Shown: positions 23,060 through 33,093 of the stretch, one piece after another | How the letters are laid out: each line of letters starts with the position of its first letter | Position numbering within the stretch: position 1 is the first letter of the stretch | Assembly (NCBI GenBank): GCA_002269645.1 | Contig: NIVC01000103.1 | Coordinates: 124,001-188,000, forward strand | DNA: 64,000 bases | Reading direction: 5' to 3' | Origin: Macrostomum lignano | Lineage: Eukaryota | Notes under the pieces: generated by a model | Databases searched by the model: none | What the model saw: the letters and a program-made list of their open reading frames with translations, nothing else | What the model was told of the DNA's origin: nothing | Made by a program: the position numbers and the translations under genes

Positions 23060-25333
23060 ATGCACGATTCAGTTCGATATTTGTTCAGTGAGTTCGGCGT
23101 CGACCATTCCAGCCCTTATGCTGGGCAGCGAAGAGGCGGCGACTATTGGAAGATCAGACTGGCTCTGGGAGGAGCCGCCGTCAACTTGATCATCTTGGCG
23201 ATGTTTACCGCGCTCTTCTCCGTCACTTTAAACAGCCTGTACGAGGAGCAACGGCGGGGCCACTTTGTGAGCGCTTGGGTGCTCTGTTCCTTGGGGGGTT
23301 TTGGCCCTCTTTGGGAGTGAATCGCATGACAAGCATCTGGCTTACTAGAGCCATAAATTAATGTGACCCCGCGTAGGTAATCAAGCCATGAGGACGGCTC
23401 AAGCGTTGTCAGGGGGCTCCGGGCGTCCGTATTTAGCGGAGAGGCGTCACCGCCCATTCCGCTAACCTCTGGGGACCACGGGCAGCTCGGGCCGGAAGAG
23501 CCGGTGGTGCCGGTATCCGCAGCGCGGTCCTCCTCCGTAGAATGTTAAACTGGCCGCTCACTCGGTAGCTAGCAGACAAGGGGCTGTCACAGATGAAGTA
23601 CTCCGCATTCTCGACGCCGGAGAGGCAGAATGGGCATTCCTCACTGCTGATTCCCTCTAGAGGTAGCGGTGCCTAGCGAAGCAGTCCTCGTTACCTTAGA
23701 CGGCCATGGTTACCTGCCCTGATGTCCCGGCGGTTGAGTCCATGTATAGGGTCCTGTGGAGGGCGAAGGAAGGCACGGGATTGCCGGCAGTCGGGGGCAT
23801 TAGCCCACCTCTCCCTGTGCTTTGAAGCCACGCAGTTGTGACAACGACGATGGGGTTGGTGGAAAAAGACCCGGTCGAGCTAGCTGTGGCCATGCGATCG
23901 GCCAACCTTAGAGAGGTGGCCCGAGTGCCCATGGGATCCACTATAGGGACATCTTGCTGGGTCTAGATCGGGGAAGTCTGTGAGATTGTGGGTCTGGATG
24001 GCGGAAGTCTTTGTGAACTCGTGGGTCTGGATCAGGGAAGTCTTTGAGAGATCGTAGCTCTGGATTGGGGAAGTCTTTGTGAGATCATCTATGGGTCTGA
24101 GAGTCTTAGTCTGAGTTCCTAAGAAAATATTTTTATGCGCCTAGCAGCCTGACATATTGTAAGTACAGGTGCGAGAGAGACTTACGGAAAAAGCACCTAA
24201 TATTACTTTTGCTTTATTTCCTGGTAAATAACTTGAGTTATCCAATAATTTATCCGCAAGGTATCCCACCTGGCTATCGACACAAAATCACTAAAGCTGC
24301 CGTCCTGTCCAGCTGACAAAACTGCAGTAGGCATCAGCCACTTGCCCTGCCTGATGAAGAATGGCGACTACGTCACTTCATCCGGTATGCAGACACTATA
24401 GCTGATTTATTGCTGTAAAAGTACATCGTGTACATGTATCCAGGGTATAATCATTTAGCATCAATTAAAATGCAGCCATTTTCAGGGCAACATTAGCAAC
24501 CTGAAGAAGTGTCGCACAAGATATAAAACTTTCTACGAATTCCTTAATATTGAAAAATATTGAAAGCTGCACTAATGGCAGCTTTAGCTATTTAGCTCGG
24601 TGATGCACAACTAACTTTTCTTTGAACCCACTGTACGTACAGCATTCCAGTGACAAAATACAACAGTCTATCAGAGTATATGAATTCTGAAATCGCTAAA
24701 CCATGCAAAAAACCGCTCACCACGCACAGGCCCTCTGGGTCCCTGGAACTGCACTGGTGACGCTCATGCTCCTGATCGGCGCTGCCCTGCGCATGGCGAC
24801 GGCAAAGAGATCGTCGTACCTGAGCACGGTGTCTACCTGGTGGTGGCTCAGGTGATAGTTTCTTGATTCTATTAGACTCGTATTTGTTGTTTTTACTATA
24901 CTCGTAGTTGGGGTCTCTCAGATCTGTTAAATAATTCTGAACTTACAATTCAAGTAGCCTTGAAAGCCTTGAGCTCGTAAAAATAATAGTGCAAATATCG
25001 AGAATTCAAAAGCTCAAACATCAAGATTGATATGTCACGGATTTTAATTCCTACAACTCACAGATTGTGCTCGTTGACAGCCTGTCAACGCCAGCCAACC
25101 TGGTGCTGTCTGTCAATAACAAAGTCCGACGCGCCTGCGCTATAAACTCAACAAGCAGCAGCAGGGGCTCCGGCTGCTCAGTCAGCATGCTAGAAGAGCT
25201 TCGGAAGGGCGATCGGCTTACTGTAGGCCTGCCAGACGCCTATAGGCACATTTCTCCGCATAATACTCTCACCTACGTGGATTTGGCTCGATTGGGACGC
25301 TTAGGTGAACGATTGAGCAACAATTACTTGTAA
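23060..25333 (+). CDS. TNF-superfamily ligand, 4 exons: 23060-23266, 24261-24384, 24730-24851, 25064-25333 (240 aa)
   Basis: All junctions are GT-AG with matching phases (0,1,0), total 723 nt. Type [28 protein letters not shown]; THD motifs VSHL (AHL), [21 protein letters not shown] (LvVPxxGlYlIYsQVxF), [12 protein letters not shown] (fqLekGDrLsv), LTYVDLARL (tyFGxfxL). Confidence 0.8.
23340..23950 (-). mobile_element. Degenerate non-LTR retrotransposon (LINE) 3' fragment, antisense in TNF intron 1
   Basis: The minus strand encodes [12 protein letters not shown] followed, after a frameshift, by [25 protein letters not shown]. This resembles the C-terminal CCHC knuckle of LINE ORF2 (CPFCxxxxETxEHFLxxCP) and has stops. 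Confidence 0.6.
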
Positions 25334-26344
25334 AATGAAACGTGAGAGCTCATTGTTCAGATCGGCTTTTTTACAATATGCATGGGTGGAAGGGTGGAAA
25401 CCTTGTTTCGTTGTTTCTTTGTTACACGGAGAACAAGGAAATTTCATATCATTTCAAAATGTTTTTATAACTGTACTTCAACCCATGTGATGTGTTGGCA
25501 TAAAATTTGGAAATTTGATCTACGTCGGTGTACATGCAGGCTATACATGCAACACGTAATATGTTGTTTAAAATCTGTTACGTTAAAGTACATCACATAT
25601 ATTGATATAGAACACTCTTAGAAGCTAAGTATATGGTTCAAATTTGCCTGATGCAGTAAACTCCTGTGCCCATTCATGTACCAGCGCATATAGCATTTTC
25701 CTTACATTTATTAAAATACGACGTGTTTATGTATTTACATGTGGTTTTTCTATTCTAATGAGAAATCATGCATAACTGGAAATCAATTGAGTTCATGATA
25801 TCATGAATTAATCATTTAAATTTTCTTGTCGACATAGCGTAAACAAAATAGCTAATGGGTGTAATTATATTCAAGCATAGCAGTAAAATTGAAATAAAAA
25901 AGTTTTTAAATACGCTTGAGCTACTAAAACTAAAATTTAAACCAAAAGACAATCATTTAAGGCATAAACTTTGTTTTCTTGAACTAACAAAGTCTGACCA
26001 AACTATCGTGACAGTTTTAAAAAGTATCAATTTTAGTATTTTTTACTAGCGCGTTAAATATGGGCACAAACATACAAACAAACATGCAAGCGTTAGAGAT
26101 TTAGTATATTTAGAAGATGGACAAGCATTCAAGCATACAAACCTTAGAGATTTAGTGTATTTAGATTACCAAAGCCAGTGAGCCCGTATAATTTATAGCA
26201 GTATGTATCTCGAGAGGATTAGTTAGTTGGCTCATTTTGTAACTGTCTTCATAGGCGTAGCATATAATACTAGACCTTCGTTGAGATTTAGTTTTGTTCT
26301 ACTATAAGACCTAAAGCCTTAGGCCTAGTAATAGGCTTTAGCAG

Positions 26345-26697
26345 CTAGGTTTTTTGTGTCATAGGCATGTCATAACATGTCGAAATTAAAAATGGCATAA
26401 TGATTTTGATGCCATTAGGCCCCTTATGCCATTGCAGAATTGCCAATGCTGAATCCCCAATTCCAAATTTCAGTTTTGCTTTTAAATTTGCTAAACTGGC
26501 AAGCTATTATCATTCCCATTCCATTAGATGGGCCATCTGAATCTGAAAGGAAACATTAGGGCTTAATATGGGCTTACAATTCACAAAGTGCTATTTTACA
26601 TTTTATGCCAATAGCATGCATGTCAAAATTGAAAATGGCATAACAATTTTAATGCCATTATGCCAAATGGCATAACAATTTTAATGAAAAAACCTAG
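26345..26697. mobile_element. hAT-type MITE, 353 bp
   Basis: TIRs CTAGGTTTTTT / AAAAAACCTAG; perfect 8-bp TSD TTTAGCAG at 26337-26344 and 26698-26705; subterminal aaatggcataa / ttatgccatt repeats. Confidence 0.8.
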
Positions 26698-28141
26698 TTT
26701 AGCAGTATAATTCAAAGCAACAAGCAAGGCTTAGACTCAAGCCTTAAGCTTAGAAGAGATTTATAGATTTTTATAAAAAAAGCCTCTATACTATAGTGCT
26801 AGCTAGCATGAAACTGGCTATTAGCCTAGGCCTACTAGAGTTGCTAACAAAAAAAGTAACTTTTTGACACAACTTAATTAAACACATTTTAATAGTATTA
26901 ATTAAGCCGTTGGGGGTAGGAAAATATGCATACACATTTTTGGAGCCGCATGCATGCCAGCTGTAAAAATAAGTCATGCAGATTGTGGCCCATGTGCTAA
27001 AAAATGAAATTTCTAGTTTTTCAATTCTACGCTGACATAAATAAAAAAGTTGTACTTTAAGTGCACAATAGCTTGAACACTATATTTTTTAGAGAAAATA
27101 GGTTTATTCTTTAAAAAATATTAGAGTTTCACTAAACTTTAAAGTAACTATTTTTGCTAAAAACTAATATACTTTGTTTTACTTTTGTTTTGAAATTTTC
27201 TAGCATAAAAACAACTTTCTAGACTATAAAAAGTAGGAGAACTTGAGTGTGCATATACCACATGACACATAACTATATGTTGAATGCATGTAAAAGTCAA
27301 ATCCTGTCTATGATTCTGCGACAAACAGCTTTTTGCGCAAGTGCATAGGCCTACAATGGAATGTGCACATACCTTCTTAAAGAACGCACAAGTAGGCTTC
27401 TTTTCAGCACATAAGCATGCATAAATTTGACAAGCATACAAATGTATAATAACTTTTGTACAAAAATTCTATCTTGGTCTTGCCCTAACCTTTTGGCCTT
27501 TGGTCAATTATCTTATTCAGCATTCTGCTTCTTGTCTAGTCCAATGTGTAGCCACCCCATTTTTGCTAGTTCCTCTATATACATTCTAACATATTTGCAA
27601 TAGGATCCCATAGCCATAGCTATGGCTACAGCGGAACACTATAAATTTATATGGTATGCCAAAATAAATAAGCCATTTTTTAGAAGTTAACCTTATTAAA
27701 ATTAGCATTAGGCTTAAATCCTTTTAAATCTAATATTAAAGCCCAAGTGTCAAAATAGAGCCCAATATATTAAGTCCTAATTTTTTATACTAATCCTTTT
27801 ATTTAAAATGTCAAATGTTTAAATGACAAGAAAACCATAATGAATCTCCTAATTATAAGCCTATTTATATTATCTCTTTTATCTTAGTTCTCATTGTATT
27901 TAAATAATATCAAGGGAGATTTGCATCACAGATTTTAGATAGATAATTTCTACTCTGATTATGTGGAGATTGACCTAACATTTTAAGATAGTAATTGGTA
28001 AACATCATTTTTGCAAATTTATATTGCAGATTAGTATAAAAAATCTGTATCAATACCAAATGTTTTGGGCTCTGTTTTGAATTTTAAGTTCATATTCTTT
28101 TTGTTTTTGTATTAGATTTGTTCAATCTCATTTTTTTAAGC

Positions 28142-28436
28142 TAGGGGTTGGCAAACTTTTTTATCATATAGGTCAAATAGTGAACCTAGTACATGACTAT
28201 AGGCTAGGGGATAGGGAGAAAAGAGAAGAATAGAGAAAGGTAATAGCTAAGAAAAAGGCAAGGTAAGAAAATAAAGGAAGAAAGGAGAGGAAAGAAAAAG
28301 GATTATATAAAATATTATAAAACAAAAAACCAAGATAAAACAACAACATTTGAGTAGATTAGATTGCTTTTGTGGAGTTTCAAAGGACCCAAGGGCTAGA
28401 TAGAGGCTTTGTAGGCTGCAGAGTTTCTAACCCTTG
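28142..28436. mobile_element. Old hAT (Charlie/MER-like) MITE, decayed
   Basis: Left end TAGGGGTTGGCAAACTTTTT; right end GTTTCTAACCCTTG (decayed GTTTGCCAACCCCTG); 8-bp flanks ttttaagc / ctttaggt differ only by transitions. Confidence 0.55.
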
Positions 28437-29718
28437 CTTTAGGTAATAGATATTAAAGGTAAACATCTATGCAACAATTAAATTTTTGTAGAAATTGTTT
28501 AGTAAATATTTATGCTTGTAGTTGTTTTGTTCTTATAAAAGTTTAGTTTATCTCATTTGTCTATTCAAAAACTACCATTGCAATTTTATTTCTTAGCAAA
28601 TCCTTATTTCTTATTAAATTTAAAAGAGACATTATTGATCTTAAGATAATAGTCTTTAAATTATCTATTATAACAAAGCAATATGATATAACTTAGTATT
28701 TTTATTAAAAAGTTTTAAAATAACCTAAAATAACCAAATGACTAAAAATTATTATCTTATTATCTTGCCATTTGAATAGACATCTGTCACAAGTAGATGT
28801 CTAGGCTGTAGGGACTATAACATACCAAAGTATTATGATAGATAAAAACTAGGCCATAGGCCTAATAATATATCTAGAACTTTCTAAAAGCATTAAAGAA
28901 AGTTCTGGTACCTATTTTGTTAAGTCTTAACTCTAAAATATAATACCTGCATTAATCACCTTAATTCAAGGAGTGCTATTGGAGTTATTTATGAAAAAGT
29001 CAATAAAATTATACTTTCTTACTTGGAAGTCATTATAATTTTTTAGGCTATAGATTCTACTTTTAAATTTGTTATTTTATCTTTGAAAAACTTGGTTTTG
29101 AGTCTTGACTTTTTGGTTATATTCTGTTAAAGGGAGGATTTGACATTACAAATATTTAACAAAACTAATAGTTTGAAATGTTGCTTGTCCTTATCATTTT
29201 CATATTTCCTTCTAACTTAATTCAATCAAATTGCCTTGTGTATTGCATTGATCTCTTCAACTTTGTTTGCAAGGCAAAGTTTTTATCAATAAAACTCATT
29301 GCAATTCGTGTTCTACTGCCTTGGCATCCCTGTGTTCACTACCATTTCAGACTGAACTTTTCATCCTCTCTCACTATTTACTGTGGAGTTTCTCGCCCTT
29401 GACTAACTGAACTTGAAGCTCAAAATCACTCTAGCAAGAGCCTCCGAGAGCTGAACTGTGACATCAAACTCAACCGCTGACCTGGGCTTGAATCTGCAAC
29501 TGATATACACATCACCCTATCCGCACCTTTTTGCGTAAAAAGTCATTTCAAAGTTGAAATTCGCTTCTCTCACTCGCGTCGTTTCCCTTGTCATTCGCAA
29601 TCATTGTTTTCAACACCAACCTGTGACTATTTATCGCAGACTAATTAAGCTTTATTAATAGTTTAATTAGACAATTTTTGTTTTCAAAGCTGTTAGCAAA
29701 AGACCACAAAGCGACACA

Positions 29719-31410
29719 ATGTCCACAGATGTTAAGCGAATTAAGCGCGGCGTCTCGCCAGGAGCTGACCCGTCCCGTGTCATTTTTGTGCGAGAGATTC
29801 AGTCCAACACTAGCGAGTACGAGTTGCAGCGCTCTTTCGAGAACTATGGCCGCGTCACGCAGGTGTTCCTCATGCCGCAGCGTCGACAAGCTCTCGTGGA
29901 GTTTGCCACTTTGCTCGAAGCCGAAGATCTTATCAGGCGTCAGAACGAAGGCGAAACAATCATTGTTCGCGAGATGCCCGTAGGTATTAGCTTTTCTAAG
30001 CAATCCCAGATTACAGAGCCAAAGAAGGAATATCTCGCCCACGAGCCGAGCAAGATCCTACTGTTTACTATCTTCAATGTTCGCGTAGATGTTGACTGTG
30101 AGACATTTAGGAAGATCTGCTCTTCATTCGGTCAATTGGAGCGAGTCACCCTCACTAAGAATGTCATGGATTCGCAGGCTATAGTGGAATTTTCCAGCGT
30201 CGAAGAAGCCGCCAAAGCCAAGCCTCAGCTGAATGGCGCCGATATCTACGCTAATTGCAACACGCTGCGCTGCGAATATGTCACGCCCGACGTCTTCAGA
30301 GTGGTGGTTCGCGATCCCCGCTGCGTTGTAGACGAGTGGCTGTCTGGTCGACAGACTACACCAATGATACCCGGACTGAATTCCATGCAGCCGCAGCAGC
30401 AACAGCAGATGTCAATGGATCCGCGTCGCGTAGCCCTATTCGACGGGCCGCCTCCTGTAGGCGGCGCTGGACTTGTCAACCGACGCGACGCCGCTTCGAT
30501 GCAACCCGCCGCGTCGGCTGGAGCTGCCGCGGCGCCTGGCGCTACAGCGGCCGTTGTCTCCGGCCTGCTTGGCCTGGCGTCGCAGCTCACGGCTCTGAAC
30601 GTGCCAGGTTTGGACGCGCAGGGCATTATTGAACGTTTGGCGCCACTCACTGGCCTGTTGCCGGATCAGCTGCAGCAAGGAGGCGTCGGTACCGGAGCCA
30701 CCGCGAACGTCGCCGCCGCTGCCGCCGCTACAAACCAGCGCAGCAACAATATCTTGTTTCTGTCTGGCCTTAGCGAGCGAATGAACTGCGACCGTCTGTT
30801 CAATGTGCTCTGTCTCTATGGCAATGTGCGCCGAATCAAATTCTTTGCCAGCACTCGTGGCCAAGCTATGGCCGAAATGTTAGATGGTAGGTCCGCCGAC
30901 GCTTGCGTTCACTATCTGCACAACTGCCAGCTGCTTGGTAAGCGTCTTATCGTCGATTATTCGCGTCAACGCCTTCTTAAAGACGTCCGCGACGCAATGC
31001 CGTTGCCAGACGGAACACCGTCTGTTAAAGAATTCGACATCTCCGGTCGGAATTGTCGCAATCGATTTCTAACGCCCGAGATGGTGAAAAAGAACAAGCC
31101 GATCGATCCGTCCTCCGTCGTGTACTTCTGGGGCTCGCAGCCGGAGGCCACGGAGCAGGACATTGCTCGAATGCTTGAAACGGCGGAGGCGCCTCAGCCG
31201 GAGAGGATCCAGTTTCTCAACAGCGAGAACAAAAGCGGCTTTCTATTCTTTACTAATCCGCGCGACGCTCTCGACGCAATTTGCATGGCGAATCATAGCG
31301 AACTGCCGCTGGGCGATCGCAACTGGCTAATCCGCATGTCGTTCTCGCTTAGCAAGGACGGCGGCGCTTCTGCCCAGCGCGGCGCTAAACGAATGCATAT
31401 TGACGAATAA
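29719..31410 (+). CDS. HNRNPL: hnRNP L-family RNA-binding protein (4 RRMs), intronless, 563 aa (copy A)
   Basis: PSRVIFVREI...RQALVEF (RRM1); KILLFTIFN...QAIVEF...LNGADIYANCNTLRCEY (RRM2); MNCDRLFNVLCLYGNVRRIKF (RRM3); PSSVVYFW (RRM4). These are hallmark hnRNP L/LL motifs. Confidence 0.93.
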   Translation: MSTDVKRIKRGVSPGADPSRVIFVREIQSNTSEYELQRSFENYGRVTQVFLMPQRRQALVEFATLLEAEDLIRRQNEGETIIVREMPVGISFSKQSQITEPKKEYLAHEPSKILLFTIFNVRVDVDCETFRKICSSFGQLERVTLTKNVMDSQAIVEFSSVEEAAKAKPQLNGADIYANCNTLRCEYVTPDVFRVVVRDPRCVVDEWLSGRQTTPMIPGLNSMQPQQQQQMSMDPRRVALFDGPPPVGGAGLVNRRDAASMQPAASAGAAAAPGATAAVVSGLLGLASQLTALNVPGLDAQGIIERLAPLTGLLPDQLQQGGVGTGATANVAAAAAATNQRSNNILFLSGLSERMNCDRLFNVLCLYGNVRRIKFFASTRGQAMAEMLDGRSADACVHYLHNCQLLGKRLIVDYSRQRLLKDVRDAMPLPDGTPSVKEFDISGRNCRNRFLTPEMVKKNKPIDPSSVVYFWGSQPEATEQDIARMLETAEAPQPERIQFLNSENKSGFLFFTNPRDALDAICMANHSELPLGDRNWLIRMSFSLSKDGGASAQRGAKRMHIDE

Positions 31411-33093
31411 GCGAGGAAGATTGAGATAAAAAATGTTTTAGTAAGTCTTTTTAACTTACTGTAACTGAGGCTTTATTAATATGCTGCCATTCTTCTTGGG
31501 TTCATACGTTTTTGGGACGTTAAAATTTCTACAAGGCCCTTTAAGCCTAAACTGCTGCATCTCGCTGACTTAATCTATAAAAAGTCTAAATTTAAAGTAT
31601 CTTCATGCGCGTCACCAGTCAACCTGTTGTCTCAATTTTCACTGTTCGCACTTCTACTAACAGTTATTTTTGTTTGTATCAATTTAAAATCTGGTGTTCA
31701 ATCTTATTATCTGCGTCATCTCATTCACTTTATGTTATTCATACTGATCGCACTATTAACCAAACAACTAATTCCTTCGTCTGGTTTTTTTCGTAATTCT
31801 GCTCCGTATCAAACGTCAGTCTTTGTCAGTGTTTTTTAATCCTCACTTCATCCCCGTGCATACATACAATCTGTCTGCATCTGTTTCCATCTTTTGTCTG
31901 AATTAATTATGCTTATAAAAGGCTTCAATAGACAGCATGACTGTTTGTTCGATATCTAATAGCCGTTTGTGTTGTGGGCATTCTTGAAGGCGAAAGGACT
32001 AGCCCAATGCTGCGCGAACTTTATCGCTTAGATATGCCAGTAGTATCAATCGCTTTGATGCTATCCGTTGCAAGAAAATATTAGTACCAGCACACATCCT
32101 TATCTACTCTGACTTTAGTAAGCATGGTTTTTAATGCAGGTCGACAAAACGCGTCAAGTGGAGCATCTAATCTTAATTATATCAAAATAAAATCAAAGCT
32201 TTCGACAAGTAACGTGTCTCTGCCTGTCAAGCTAATCGACTTGAAATTTGTAGATTAATGTGGTTAATTGGGTTCCTGATTTCTGTGTCAGGTATACAGA
32301 TTATACAGGCCGCTTGTTGTTAAATTACTGCAATAGGAATCTAGTTTAATACGTACACTGTTGTCTGTTATACTTAAGGAAGCAAGAGAAAAAGGCTCAT
32401 TTTAATTCACTACTTACAATAGTTTTAGGATCGCTTTCACAAGCTCGAAATTTTAAATGCTTGAAACATTTAAAATTGTTGATTGTCGGTTTTACATGCT
32501 CAAAATTTTACAATGTCAAATCCGTTTATGTTGCGAGCTAACGAAAGTGACTCGAATAGCTTATCGTCAATGTCAAATTTTCGGGCTTGTGAAACTCATA
32601 TTTTAGTATATGAAGATCATTTTAATGGAAATTTTAACCTTTGAGCAAATGTAGGAAAACATCTTTCCGAAGGACTCGTTGAATATCTCTACAATCGTGA
32701 ATGCTAATAACTAGAATATGCTGATTTCAAATGCTTGTAGTTGCGGAGTGTCCCCTCAATAAAAACAGCTTATGACTTCGGGCTATTATGCTCTGCTTGT
32801 GCTATCTGATGCTGTCTATAGCTTGAAAGCAAAATAAGATTGGCATACCCAATCAGCGTTGTCTTTCTGGAAAGTTGTTGGCTATTCGTAGTTGATTAAG
32901 GATTCAGATTTAATATTAAAGTACAAAAAAACAAGTTACGACTTGGTTTAACAATGCTCTGTCAGTGCATTTTACTAATAAAATCGCTTCTATCGTTATT
33001 TGCAGCCGTTTACAAAAAACCAAAGCTATCGAAACTTTTGTAGAGAAGAGCTCAAAGGCTAACGCAATAGTTTTGAAATCGGGCCAAAACGCA

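Noticed and set aside
32965-33093. N-terminal extension of hnRNP L-B predicted by the ORF track
   Set aside because: It starts at GTG in AT-rich sequence and spans a splice acceptor at 33005; the first ATG is at 33094.
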